Origin: Lawsonibacter sp.
GTDB taxonomy: Bacteria > Bacillota > Clostridia > Oscillospirales > Oscillospiraceae
Reading direction: 5' to 3'
Assembly (NCBI GenBank): GCA_050943895.1
Contig: JBMNQA010000008.1
Location: 26,351 to 90,350 of the forward strand
Length of the DNA stretch: 64,000 bases
Under the pieces are notes generated by a model. That model was not told the origin of the DNA. It saw only the letters and a list, made by a program, of their open reading frames with translations, and searched no databases. Shown here in pieces: positions 47,807 through 57,632 of the stretch. Numbering within the stretch: the stretch's first letter is position 1; every line of letters starts with the position of its first letter. A program made the position numbers and the translations under genes.

Positions 47807-49634
47807 ACTTGCCCTGCGCAATGTGCGCCGATCTTTCCGTGACTATGGGATTTATTTTCTCACACTGACCTTTGGCGTGTGCCTCTTTTATACCTTTAAT
47901 TCCGTTGACGGACAGGGAGCTATGCTCTATCTGACCAAGAGCCGAAGCCCTATGGTAGAGGTCATCCAGATGCTGATTGACATCTTTTCCGTCTTTGTGG
48001 CAGTGGTGTTGGCTTGCTTGATTTTGTACGCCAATCGGTTTTTACTACGACGGCGAAAAGGGGAGTTGGGGACCTACCTGTTACTAGGATTGAGCCAGGG
48101 TCAGGTGGCTCGGGTACTGTTTCTGGAGACCGGACTAATTGGACTGTTGTCTCTGGCGGTGGGATTGGGACTTGGCATACCGGCTTCTTGGGAATTGTCC
48201 TCGCTGACTTTGTCTATGTTTGATGTGGACATGTCCAATCAAATGGCAGTTCAGGTTTCACCCCACGCAATGGGAAAAACACTGTTGTACTTTGGATTGA
48301 TTTTTGTGCTGGTTATGGTTTTCAACGCTTTAGAGGTGTCCCGCTCTAAACTCATCGATTTAATCCGTAGCCAGAGAAAAAATGAGGTGTATAAACCCCA
48401 CTCCGTTACCGCCGCCGTGGTACAGCTGCTGGCGGGAGTAGTGTGTCTGATCGCGGCATATGCCATTCTTCTTACGTTTGGCATGGCAATTGCAGTGGCC
48501 GTGCTGCCCATTTGTATCCCCATGCTGGGACTGGGGACATTGGGAACGCTATTGATTTTTCGCTCCCTATCCGGCTTTGTGCTTCGCCTTGTGCAAAATC
48601 ACCCTGGCATCTACTATCGCAAGCTGAACCTTTTTACCCTTCGGCAATGGATGAGTAAGGTGCATACGACCTACCTATCTCAAACCGTCATCTGTATCCT
48701 TTTGTTGCTGGCTATGGGAATCACAGCCAGTTGCGTGGGCCTAAATTCCACGTTAGAAACTTTGACGGATACCAAGTCATCTTTTGATATTACCGTACAA
48801 AATCAGTCTGCCGATCAGATAGGACTCGTAGACTTCCCTGCTTTGTTGCAGCAGAATGGTGGTCCGCAGCTGGAGTGGCAGTACAGTACCACATTCTATT
48901 ATAATGACCCGGAAGTCACCGGACTGAAAAACGCCAGCGCTGCAATTGCAGTGTCCGACTTGGACGCCTTACGAAATCGGGTGGACAAGCCCGCCTATGC
49001 GGGAGAACTGCCCCAATACTTGGAGGATCTGGGGGAAATTCCCGTCACTGGAAGTCTGGGGTTAAGCTGCGTGGTGGTGCCAGACTCTATGGCGCAACAG
49101 TTGGAGGTGCGCCGCCAGGTGTGGAGTGCGGACTATGCAGGGGACCCTCAACAGGCTGAGGCGCAAATTCAACCCATTCTGGAGCAGTTGCAGGAGAACG
49201 CGGCCCTTCGGGTGGAGAGTCGAATATCCATTTATACGGATGTTATGGGAAATAAGATTTTAGCCCTGTTTTTAGGACTATATCTTGGGTTCACCTTCCT
49301 GCTGGCTGCTGCTGCGGTGCTGGCTTTACAGCAACTATCTCAGGCTGCCGACAACGTTTCACGCTATGCTGTGCTGCGTCGCCTGGGGGCAGAAGAGTCT
49401 CTGGTGGCACGTTCTGCTACCCAACAGGTAGCGCTGGCCTTCCTTCTTCCTTTGGGATTGGCTTTGATTCATGTTGTTGTAGGGATGAAGGCAGCAAACG
49501 ACCTCATTGCTCTGGCAGGTAAGGTAGACAGTGTGGAAAGCAGTGTAGTAACTGCGTTGCTACTCCTGGCTGTCTACGGTGGTTATTTCCTGGCCACTGC
49601 CCTGGCCTGTCGGCGGATGGCCAGACGGGGCTAA
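47796..49634 (+). CDS. FtsX-like ABC permease (BceB/YxdM peptide-resistance type)
   Basis: KLALRNVRRSFRDYGIYFLTL, RRKGELGTYLLLG, RYAVLRRLG; multi-TM with one large extracellular loop. Confidence 0.88.
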   Translation: MFCKLALRNVRRSFRDYGIYFLTLTFGVCLFYTFNSVDGQGAMLYLTKSRSPMVEVIQMLIDIFSVFVAVVLACLILYANRFLLRRRKGELGTYLLLGLSQGQVARVLFLETGLIGLLSLAVGLGLGIPASWELSSLTLSMFDVDMSNQMAVQVSPHAMGKTLLYFGLIFVLVMVFNALEVSRSKLIDLIRSQRKNEVYKPHSVTAAVVQLLAGVVCLIAAYAILLTFGMAIAVAVLPICIPMLGLGTLGTLLIFRSLSGFVLRLVQNHPGIYYRKLNLFTLRQWMSKVHTTYLSQTVICILLLLAMGITASCVGLNSTLETLTDTKSSFDITVQNQSADQIGLVDFPALLQQNGGPQLEWQYSTTFYYNDPEVTGLKNASAAIAVSDLDALRNRVDKPAYAGELPQYLEDLGEIPVTGSLGLSCVVVPDSMAQQLEVRRQVWSADYAGDPQQAEAQIQPILEQLQENAALRVESRISIYTDVMGNKILALFLGLYLGFTFLLAAAAVLALQQLSQAADNVSRYAVLRRLGAEESLVARSATQQVALAFLLPLGLALIHVVVGMKAANDLIALAGKVDSVESSVVTALLLLAVYGGYFLATALACRRMARRG

Positions 49635-49843
49635 TCATATCTGTGCGTAGGTTTCACCCTGACCACGGGGTTAAGCCTACGCTTTTTTTAACCTTTTGCG
49701 GTTCTCACAAGGAATACTGGGGGAATTGACCAGGAAGATTGTGCAAAAAAACGCTATGCACAGCCAGACGGGATGACTATAATAATCCGGTGTGCAGCGG
49801 GAGCGATCCGCTGTGTTTCTTTTTGGAAGGAGTGGTCTCCTAT

Positions 49844-51250
49844 ATGACCAAAGATTTAACCATTGGTAGCCCTATGCGCTTGATTTTAGGCTTTACACTG
49901 CCTACCCTACTTGGAATGCTGTTTCAACAGATGTATAATTTGGTAGACACCATGATTGTGGGGAAACTATTGGGTGCCCAGGCCCTGGCCGCGGTGGGCG
50001 CTACCGGGTCTATTAACTTTTTTGTCATCGGCTTCTGCATGGGGGTGTGCAGCGGTTTTGCCATTCCAGTGGCCCAGCGGTTGGGGGCAGGAGAGTACGG
50101 AAAAATGCGCCGTTATGTGATCAACGCAGCCTATCTATCCGGACTATTTGCCCTGATTTTGACGGTAGTCACTACCTTGGGCTGTCGTACGATTTTGGGA
50201 TGGATGCGCACTCCGGCGGATATTGTAGCCGACTCCTATGCCTATATCTTCATTATCTTTCTTGGAATTCCTACTACTTTTTTGTATAACCTCCTAGCCG
50301 GTATTATGCGCGCCCTGGGGGACAGCCGGACACCAGTATATTTTTTGGCACTCTCCTCCGGACTCAATATTGGGTTGGACTTTGGGTTTATTCTCCTGGC
50401 TGACGCAGGGGTGGCGGGGGCTGCATTGGCAACCGTTGTCTCCCAGGGGGTATCTGGAGCGGCTTGTCTGTTCTATATGCGAAAAAAATACCCCATTTTA
50501 CATCCATCTCAGGAGGAGCGGAGACTGGACAGCCACACATGCAAAGTATTGTGCGTTATGGGAATCCCAATGGGGCTTCAGTATTCCATTACTGCTGTGG
50601 GCTCTATCGTCCTACAGTCCGCCGTTAACACCTTAGGCAGTTCCTATGTGGCGGCGGTAGCAGCGGGAGCAAAATTGTTCCAGCTGTTGGCCTGTCCCTT
50701 CGATGCTATGGGTGCGGCTATGGCCACCTACTGCGGCCAGAATGTAGGTGCCTGCAAACTGGATCGCCTGGGGCAGGGCATTCGCGCCTGCTCTTTGCTG
50801 GGTTTGGGCTATGCTCTGGCCGCCTTTGTAGCCATGTTGCTGCTGGCACCTCAGTGCGCGATGCTCTTTTTGGATCCCAAAGAACCGAATCTTTTGCTGC
50901 TGGTGGACTTGACCAGTCGATATATTACGACGTTGACCGCTTTTTTCTTCCCGCTTGCTCTGGTAAATATTGTGCGGTTTTCAATCCAAGGAATGGGTTA
51001 CAGTCTGTTTGCAATTTTGGCTGGCGTGCTGGAGATGGTGGCTCGTACGGTGGTAGGTGCTTGTTTGGTACCTGTATTTGGATACTCTGCCGCATGCTTT
51101 GCCTCCCCTGCTGCCTGGATTTGCGCGGACCTATTCCTTTTGCCGGCCTGTGCGTTCTGCATTGCTAGACTGCGCCGCATCTACCCCAACCAAAAAAATG
51201 AAAACCCACTGCCTCAAGAGGAACAGTGCCCAGCCACTGTGGGGCTGTAA
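49844..51250 (+). CDS. MATE family efflux transporter
   Basis: QQMYNLVDTMIVG, LAAVGAT, MRALGDSRTP, NIGLDF, ATYCGQNVGA. Confidence 0.93.
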   Translation: MTKDLTIGSPMRLILGFTLPTLLGMLFQQMYNLVDTMIVGKLLGAQALAAVGATGSINFFVIGFCMGVCSGFAIPVAQRLGAGEYGKMRRYVINAAYLSGLFALILTVVTTLGCRTILGWMRTPADIVADSYAYIFIIFLGIPTTFLYNLLAGIMRALGDSRTPVYFLALSSGLNIGLDFGFILLADAGVAGAALATVVSQGVSGAACLFYMRKKYPILHPSQEERRLDSHTCKVLCVMGIPMGLQYSITAVGSIVLQSAVNTLGSSYVAAVAAGAKLFQLLACPFDAMGAAMATYCGQNVGACKLDRLGQGIRACSLLGLGYALAAFVAMLLLAPQCAMLFLDPKEPNLLLLVDLTSRYITTLTAFFFPLALVNIVRFSIQGMGYSLFAILAGVLEMVARTVVGACLVPVFGYSAACFASPAAWICADLFLLPACAFCIARLRRIYPNQKNENPLPQEEQCPATVGL

Positions 51251-51357
51251 TGTTGAGGTGTATTTGAGGTTGACATTCCTGGTAATTTATGATAAAACAG
51301 GTAGCGCAATACTTTACTGCTTTTAAGTGATAAAGTAAGCCCTTGGGAGGAATTGCC

Positions 51358-53340
51358 ATGGAGGGACAAAACCCGTTTTCGCAGCAGAAACAGGCAGAAC
51401 TGGAGAAGCGAGCGCAGAAATTGATGGAGGAGAAGGAAGCAGAGGCTCGAATCCGGACCTATTCTGGGCCTATGGGGACGGCAATTACCCTTTTGCTTTG
51501 TTTGTGGACCCTCTTTCAACTCTATTTTACCACTGTAGGGGTAATCAGCGCAGTAAATCTGAGAGCGTTTCACTGTATTTTCCTGTTGTGCTTTACCTTT
51601 TTGCTCTATCCCACGTATAAGAAGGAGCGCCGACAACGCAGCCTACCTCCGGTGTGGGATTTCATTTTAGTTGTGTTGAGTATTGCTACCTTCGGCTATC
51701 TGATTTTGAATTACGTCCGAATTGCGCAAAACGGCGGTCGGGTGACCGACATGGAACTGCTTTTAGCGGGGCTAGCACTGGCGTTGGCCTTTGAAGCTGC
51801 CCGGCGTGCTTCGGGAAATTTAGCAATCCTGGCGCTGCTTTTTCTGGCGTATAACTGGTTTGGGCAGTATCTGCCCGGCCGACTAGGACACAACGGCTTC
51901 ACCCTTAAGCGAGTGTTGGTGACTCAGTTTTGGGGGACCCAGGGACTGTTGGGGACTGGCGTGGGAGTATCTGCCACCTATATCTTTCTATTTGTCGTGT
52001 TCGGTGCCTTTTTGAAGTACAGTGGCTTTTCCAAATTCATTAATGATTTGTCGCTGACGCTGGTGGGACGCACCCCTGGAGGACCAGCGAAAGTAGCGGT
52101 ATTGGCCTCAGCCTTAATGGGTATGATTAACGGCTCAGCCATTGCGAATGTTGCCACAACAGGCACCATTACCATTCCTCTGATGAAGCAGACCGGCTAC
52201 AAAAAAGAGTTTGCCGGAGCAGTGGAGGCGGTAGCGTCGACCGGAGGACAATTTTGCCCCCCTATTATGGGAGCAGTGGGCTTCGTGATGGCAGAATTTT
52301 TAAATCTCAGTTATACAGCGGTCATGTTGGCTGCCATTATCCCTGCTTTCCTGTACTACTTAGGCCTGCTGTTTGCTGTCCATTTCGAAGCCAAACGGTT
52401 GGGACTATCGGGCCTGTCAAAAGAAAATATTCCGGATGCTGGAAAAGTATTGAAAGAGCAGGGACACCTGGCAATCCCGTTGGTGGTACTGATTGGACTT
52501 ATGTGCATGGGCTATACCCCACTCTACGCTGCGGTGATTGCGATATTTGCCACCATTGGGGCCAGTTGGTTGCGGAAAGATACGCGTATGACGTGGGACA
52601 AGGTTGTAGCTGCTACTGTGGAGGGGGCGCGAGGGGCCATTTCCGTGGGAATTTGCTGTGTTATTATCGGCGTTATTATTGGAACTGTCACCCTTACAAG
52701 CCTTGGCCTCAACATGGGCTACCTCATTTTGGAAATCGTAAACAACAATAACATCTACGTCACTGGGGTACTGGTGATGGTTATGTCCACGATTTTAGGT
52801 ATGGGAGTGCCGGGGGTGGCGGCCTATGTCATCGTGCAGGCGGTGGCAGTCCCGGTTCTCCTGAAGGTAGGTGTGTTGGATCTCTCTGCCCACATGTTTT
52901 GCCTTATTTATGCCTGCCTGTCCAATATTACTCCACCGGTGGCCATGAGTAGCTATGTAGCTGCGGGCATTGCCGGTGGAAATCAGACAAAAACTGGCCT
53001 TTTGTCAGTACGGCTGGGACTGATCGGTTTTTTAATCCCATTCTTTTTTCTGGACAACCCAGTATTGTTAATTGGGGCAGACCCCGCTTATCGCCTTTGG
53101 GATAGTCTGTGGCCTATGCTCACGGCCTGTGTGGGTACGGTAGCTCTGGTAGGTGGGCTAGAGGGATGGCTTGTCCGCAGATGCAATTGGTTGGAACGAT
53201 TGATATTGGTTGCGGTAGCTCCCTTGATGCTTTATCCAGGCCTAAAAACCGATCTGGTGGGTGTGGGCATTCTGCTGGCTGTGTTAGTATTGCAGCGGAT
53301 TCTGCGTCGTTCTGGGCCGTTTCCTTTGAAGAACACATAA
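51358..53340 (+). CDS. TAXI-TRAP fused 4TM/12TM permease
   Basis: GMINGSAIANVATTGTITIP, EAVASTGGQ..PPIMGA, LGMGVP, NITPPVA. Confidence 0.92.
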   Translation: MEGQNPFSQQKQAELEKRAQKLMEEKEAEARIRTYSGPMGTAITLLLCLWTLFQLYFTTVGVISAVNLRAFHCIFLLCFTFLLYPTYKKERRQRSLPPVWDFILVVLSIATFGYLILNYVRIAQNGGRVTDMELLLAGLALALAFEAARRASGNLAILALLFLAYNWFGQYLPGRLGHNGFTLKRVLVTQFWGTQGLLGTGVGVSATYIFLFVVFGAFLKYSGFSKFINDLSLTLVGRTPGGPAKVAVLASALMGMINGSAIANVATTGTITIPLMKQTGYKKEFAGAVEAVASTGGQFCPPIMGAVGFVMAEFLNLSYTAVMLAAIIPAFLYYLGLLFAVHFEAKRLGLSGLSKENIPDAGKVLKEQGHLAIPLVVLIGLMCMGYTPLYAAVIAIFATIGASWLRKDTRMTWDKVVAATVEGARGAISVGICCVIIGVIIGTVTLTSLGLNMGYLILEIVNNNNIYVTGVLVMVMSTILGMGVPGVAAYVIVQAVAVPVLLKVGVLDLSAHMFCLIYACLSNITPPVAMSSYVAAGIAGGNQTKTGLLSVRLGLIGFLIPFFFLDNPVLLIGADPAYRLWDSLWPMLTACVGTVALVGGLEGWLVRRCNWLERLILVAVAPLMLYPGLKTDLVGVGILLAVLVLQRILRRSGPFPLKNT

Positions 53341-53374
53341 CATCGTTTGGATCTTTTGAAAAGGAGAGAATGTT

Positions 53375-54409
53375 ATGAAGAAGATTTTGTCTCTGGTTTT
53401 GTGTGGGGTGCTGGCAATGGGTGCTCTGGTTGGCTGTGGTTCCAAAAGTAGCAACAGTGCCTCCTCTGTGGGTGGAGCGTCCAATTCTGCTACCGGTTCC
53501 GACGCCCAGGGCGGTGGGAGCCACGAAACAGTGACCATTAATTTTCCAACTGCGGATGCCTCCGGTGCACTGTATGCGGTGGGAGCAGCTATTACAAATT
53601 TGTGGGATACAAAAATTGACTTTGTAAACGCTTCCAGCCAGGCCTCCAACGGCGGCATTGATAACCTGACTCAAGTCTCCGAAGGGGAGGCACAGGTGTC
53701 CATTGCAATTTCCAGCAATTGCTACGAGTGCCTCAACGGACAAAACAGTTTTGAGGGCTATGCCTATAACGATTTGAAGGTCATTGCCGGGCTGTATTTT
53801 AATCCAAACCAAGTGGTGGTTACCGAGAATTCGGGCATCACCGACCTGGCTAGTGTGAAAGGGAAGCGTTTTGCCGTAGCTGCTGCGGGTTCCTCTGTGG
53901 AAGGGGAGTGCCGCAATCACTTTACTGCCGCCGGCCTGCAGTACCCAGATGAAATTCAGGTGGAGTACATCTCCTTCAGTGATGCCGCTGACATGCTCTC
54001 CAATGGTACGATTGACGGTGCTTGGATTATGTCCGGGGCACCTGCCGCCGCTGTGTCTCAGGCGCTATCCTCAGGATGTCATCTGGTGAATATCAGCGAC
54101 CAGATTATTTCTGCCCTTCAGGAACAGTATCCCTGGTACGCCTCCTATACAATCCCCGCTGGGACTTATCCCAACCAGGATACAGACATACAGACATCTG
54201 CCATTAAAATGGTTATGTTCTGCCGAGGTGACTTGGATGAAGAAACGGTTTATCAGTTGACAAAGGTGTTCTGGGAAAACATTGACCAGCTAGGCCAATC
54301 CCAGGGCAATCTGGCTGGGTTGACCCCAGAAGAGGCAGTAAAAGACATTGCGGATCTACCGCTCCACCCTGGTGCCCAGAAGTATTACACTGAGATTGGT
54401 GTAATCTAA
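53375..54409 (+). CDS. TAXI family TRAP solute-binding lipoprotein
   Basis: Lipobox LVGC, ASNGGIDN, VAAAGSSVE, DGAWIMSGAP, LPLHPGAQKYYTEIG. Confidence 0.92.
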   Translation: MKKILSLVLCGVLAMGALVGCGSKSSNSASSVGGASNSATGSDAQGGGSHETVTINFPTADASGALYAVGAAITNLWDTKIDFVNASSQASNGGIDNLTQVSEGEAQVSIAISSNCYECLNGQNSFEGYAYNDLKVIAGLYFNPNQVVVTENSGITDLASVKGKRFAVAAAGSSVEGECRNHFTAAGLQYPDEIQVEYISFSDAADMLSNGTIDGAWIMSGAPAAAVSQALSSGCHLVNISDQIISALQEQYPWYASYTIPAGTYPNQDTDIQTSAIKMVMFCRGDLDEETVYQLTKVFWENIDQLGQSQGNLAGLTPEEAVKDIADLPLHPGAQKYYTEIGVI

Positions 54410-54538
54410 AAACAACTGATAGGAAGCAGCTTGCTTGCACCTAGATGTGTATTTTGGATATTTGCAGAAGCACCACTCCGAAAAGAAAACGCCTGTTCTT
54501 CATGGCGAAGAACAGGCGTTTGTTGATTCGTGTTCCGA

Positions 54539-54784
54539 TTAGTCGGTCACATAGGGCAGCAGAGCGATCTGACGGGCGCGCTTGATGGCCTCAGTCAGCT
54601 GGCGCTGATGCATGGCGCAGGTGCCGGTGGTGCGGCGAGGCAGGATCTTTGCCCGCTCAGACGTGAATCGGCGCAGCTTTGCGGCATCCTTGTAATCGAT
54701 TTGCTCCACCTTGTCCACGCAGAAGGCGCAGACCTTACGGCGCTTGCGGCCGCGGGGGGCTTTGTTATCACGTTCCATAGCCAT
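54539..54784 (-). CDS. rpsR: 30S ribosomal protein S18
   Basis: RKVCAFC..IDYKD...[14 protein letters not shown]. Confidence 0.98.
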   Translation of the reverse strand: MAMERDNKAPRGRKRRKVCAFCVDKVEQIDYKDAAKLRRFTSERAKILPRRTTGTCAMHQRQLTEAIKRARQIALLPYVTD

Positions 54785-54822
54785 GGATTAAACCTCCTTT
54801 TACGACCATTGTCCGGTCAAAG

Positions 54823-55302
54823 TTAGAACGGCAGTTCGCCGTCATCATCAGTAAGCTCGGCAAACTGGTCCCCGTCCGCAGGAGGGGCCCCATAGCCGGA
54901 GGGTGCTGCGGGAGCGGAATATCCGCCAGAATATCCTCCCTGGCTGTAGCCGCCGGCATAGCCGCCGCCTTCGCCGTCCCGCTTGGAATCGCCGAAATAT
55001 ACGTTGTCGGCAACCACCTCGGCGCTGGTGCGCTTGTTGCCGTCCTTGTCCGTCCAGTCCCGCATCTGTAGCCGTCCTTCCACCACGGCCATACGACCCT
55101 TGGTAAAAAAGCGACTGACAAATTCAGCGGTGGAGCGCCAAGCTACCACATCAATCCAATCTGTGGAGCGCTCGCCGGTGGACTTATCCTTGAAGTCCCG
55201 ATCCACAGCCAGTCGGAAAGAGGCCACAGGGGTCCCCGTCTGGGTGCGTCGGAGTTCGGGGTCACGGGCCAACCGGCCCATGAGGATGATTCGATTGAGC
55301 AT
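54823..55302 (-). CDS. ssb: Single-stranded DNA-binding protein
   Basis: MLNRIILMGRLARDPELR; G-rich tail ending DDGELPF. Confidence 0.98.
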   Translation of the reverse strand: MLNRIILMGRLARDPELRRTQTGTPVASFRLAVDRDFKDKSTGERSTDWIDVVAWRSTAEFVSRFFTKGRMAVVEGRLQMRDWTDKDGNKRTSAEVVADNVYFGDSKRDGEGGGYAGGYSQGGYSGGYSAPAAPSGYGAPPADGDQFAELTDDDGELPF

Positions 55303-55314
55303 CTCCGCTCCCCC

Positions 55315-55611
55315 TTACTGATCCTTGCAGACGATCATGGAACGCATGACGCCGTCGGTGATCCGGAAAATACGATCCAGTTCAGCGGGGATGGCGGCGG
55401 CAGCCGTGAAGGTCATTAGCACGTAGTAGCCTTCCATCAGATCGTTGATGGGGTAGGCCAGACGCCGCTTGCCCCACTCGTCGATCTCGGAAACGGTACC
55501 GTTTGCCTCGACCACGGCCTTGAACTTTGCCACCAGAGCGGCAATCTGGTCCTCGCTCAGAGCGGGATCCAGAATGTAGACCGCCTCGTAGTTTGCGTTA
55601 ATCTTTGCCAT
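55315..55611 (-). CDS. rpsF: 30S ribosomal protein S6
   Basis: YEAVYILDP, WGKRRLAYPI, GYYVL. Confidence 0.98.
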   Translation of the reverse strand: MAKINANYEAVYILDPALSEDQIAALVAKFKAVVEANGTVSEIDEWGKRRLAYPINDLMEGYYVLMTFTAAAAIPAELDRIFRITDGVMRSMIVCKDQ

Positions 55612-55616
55612 GTTTT

Positions 55617-55670
55617 GCACCTCCTTATGGACATATGGCCCCTGCACAATTCCCGTCAGGGGCAAGGATG
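55617..55670 (-). ncRNA. rpsF leader (S6:S18-binding autogenous regulatory RNA)
   Basis: UCCUU-GCCCCUG..CAGGGGC-C...CCA-UAAGGAGGUG: anti-SD UCCUU, an inner helix, and a CCR motif just 5' of the SD. Confidence 0.65.
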
Positions 55671-55797
55671 TTGCCTGTTAAACGATAAAGCAGGCTTAAT
55701 TATTATATCGAAAACCGAAAAAAAGTCAAGGAAAATCTTCCTTTTCTTTAAAAATAGGGACACCCTGTAGAGAGTGTCCCTAACACTAAGGATATGG

Positions 55798-56901
55798 TTA
55801 CTGGGGCAGAGTAAGGTCACCTTCTTGAATCCAGCCGATTTTGCGGAAGAACAGGCCAAAGGCCCAGCAGAGGATGGCAGGAAGGAGGAAGCAAATGAGG
55901 ATGAGACCTGCCCAATCAAAAGCGGTAATGGCATCCTTGACGCCTGTAGCCACGTCGTTTACCCATCCAGCATAAATGCCGATCTGCCCCACGAAACCGC
56001 AGGTCCCCATGCCTGAAGCCACGCCGCCGGAGGGGTCATTCATCTCCAGATGAAACACACAGGTAGCAATAGGGCCAGTAATGGCGGAGGTAAGAATTGC
56101 GGGCAGCCAAATTTTGGGATTTTTTACAATGTTGGGCATCTGGAGCATAGAGGTGCCGATGCCCTGGCTTACCAGGCCACCCCAGCGGTTTTCCCGGAAG
56201 GATAGCACGGCGAAGCCCACCATATTGGCGCAACATCCAGCCACCGCAGCCCCACCTGCTAGCCCAGTAAGCGTAAGGGCTGCGCAGATCGCTGCGGAGG
56301 AGATGGGCAGAGTCAGTGCAATTCCGATGACGACAGAGACAATAATACCCATCCAGAAGGGCTGTAACTCGGTAGCCCATTTGATGAGAGCACCTACCTG
56401 AGAGGCTGCCGATCCAATGGCTGGGGCCCACCAAGCGGAAAGAAGTACACCGATAAAGATCGTGACCAGTGGGGTGACTAAAATATCTACCTTGGTCTCC
56501 TTGCTGACTGCCTTGCCACATTCGGCAGCGATAATGGCCACAAACAATACGGCTAAGGGTCCGCCCGCCCCACCCAAGGCATTGCAGGCAAAACCTACTG
56601 TGGCGAGGGAAAAGAGAACCATAGGGGGCGCCTGAAGAGCGTAGCCGATGGCCACCGCCATAGCGGGACCGCTCATGGCCTGAGCCAGACCACCTACAGT
56701 ATAGGAGATTTCGTTCTGTCCGCTGACCAGCGTGACTACCACCTGAGTAAGGAAGGGAATGTGAAACTGGGTACCAATGGTGTTGATGATAGTGCCAATG
56801 AGCAACGAGCAGAAAAGGCCCTGTGCCATTGCACCCAGAGCGTCAATGCCGTATCGTTTGGCGGAAAAGACAATGTTTTTACGGGCCAGGAATTCTTTCA
56901 T
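55798..56901 (-). CDS. Orphan PTS_EIIC_2/PfoR-like permease; candidate niacin transporter
   Basis: ALGAMAQGLFCSLLIGTI, LTLPISSAA, GIGTSMLQMPNI, SGMGTCG; ~10 TM segments; no IIA/IIB partner; NiaR box upstream and niaR adjacent. Confidence 0.7.
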   Translation of the reverse strand: MKEFLARKNIVFSAKRYGIDALGAMAQGLFCSLLIGTIINTIGTQFHIPFLTQVVVTLVSGQNEISYTVGGLAQAMSGPAMAVAIGYALQAPPMVLFSLATVGFACNALGGAGGPLAVLFVAIIAAECGKAVSKETKVDILVTPLVTIFIGVLLSAWWAPAIGSAASQVGALIKWATELQPFWMGIIVSVVIGIALTLPISSAAICAALTLTGLAGGAAVAGCCANMVGFAVLSFRENRWGGLVSQGIGTSMLQMPNIVKNPKIWLPAILTSAITGPIATCVFHLEMNDPSGGVASGMGTCGFVGQIGIYAGWVNDVATGVKDAITAFDWAGLILICFLLPAILCWAFGLFFRKIGWIQEGDLTLPQ

Positions 56902-56934
56902 CCGAATGCACCTACTTAATCTGTAATAAAAACG

Positions 56935-56978
56935 ACAATGAGGTTTACATGTGTCAAGACACATGTAAACCTCATTGT
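56935..56978. promoter_or_regulatory. NiaR (YrxA) operator within a 44-bp perfect palindrome
   Basis: ACAATGAGGTTTACATGTGTC-AA-GACACATGTAAACCTCATTGT. The core TACAnnTGTCnnGACAnnTGTA matches the Firmicute NiaR box. Confidence 0.8.
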
Positions 56979-57107
56979 AATCCGAAATTCGGATTTGTCA
57001 AGCTGTTTTTTTACTGGTAACAGACCAAACTCTTTTGAAAACAAGCCAACTGGATGTAAAGTAACTTTTCTAAGTGAAGTTTCCTCAGCAATGAGCGGAC
57101 GAATCCA

Positions 57108-57632
57108 TTAAAAAGGAGTGTTATCCTCCAAGAGAATTTTCAATTCCCCCAGAGAACGACGAACTCGGTCTAAGGCCTCCAAATCTGGGCAGGAGAGGGT
57201 ATGCAAATGAATGCCCTCTGTGAGCCTGGAGAGAGGAAGAGCCTCTGCCTGGCGGCAACGAGCAATGAATTGGCTGACCTCGTAGCGATTTGATATTTGC
57301 AGTGGGCCGGTAAGTTGGCCGTAAATGGGGTGTTCCACAATGACGTCCAGAACAGTGCAGCCCTGATCTACAATGGCGTTGAGTTCTGCCTCCATTTCCC
57401 CACCGGTGTGTTGCACCGCAATTTGGCGTACCAGTCCAATGGGGGAACGCTGGATCATATAACCACGGGGGGTGGCGGCGATATTGAGTCCACCTGCCCG
57501 CAGCAATGCCACATCCCCTACAATGATTTGGCGGCTGACGGAACACTCACGGGCCAGAGTGGATGCGCTGACAGGTCCGTTCGCCTCTTCTAGTCGTCGA
57601 GCCACCAACTGTCGCCTTGTTTGGGCATCCAT
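57108..57632 (-). CDS. niaR: Niacin-responsive repressor NiaR (HTH_11 + 3H domain)
   Basis: VSRQIIVGDVALLRA, ATPRGY, His ligands in VQH, VEHPIYG and GIHLHT. Confidence 0.9.
   Translation of the reverse strand: MDAQTRRQLVARRLEEANGPVSASTLARECSVSRQIIVGDVALLRAGGLNIAATPRGYMIQRSPIGLVRQIAVQHTGGEMEAELNAIVDQGCTVLDVIVEHPIYGQLTGPLQISNRYEVSQFIARCRQAEALPLSRLTEGIHLHTLSCPDLEALDRVRRSLGELKILLEDNTPF

Noticed and set aside
55798-56901. Functional PTS sugar permease
   Set aside because: No IIA/IIB domains or sugar catabolic genes are nearby, and the NiaR box points elsewhere.
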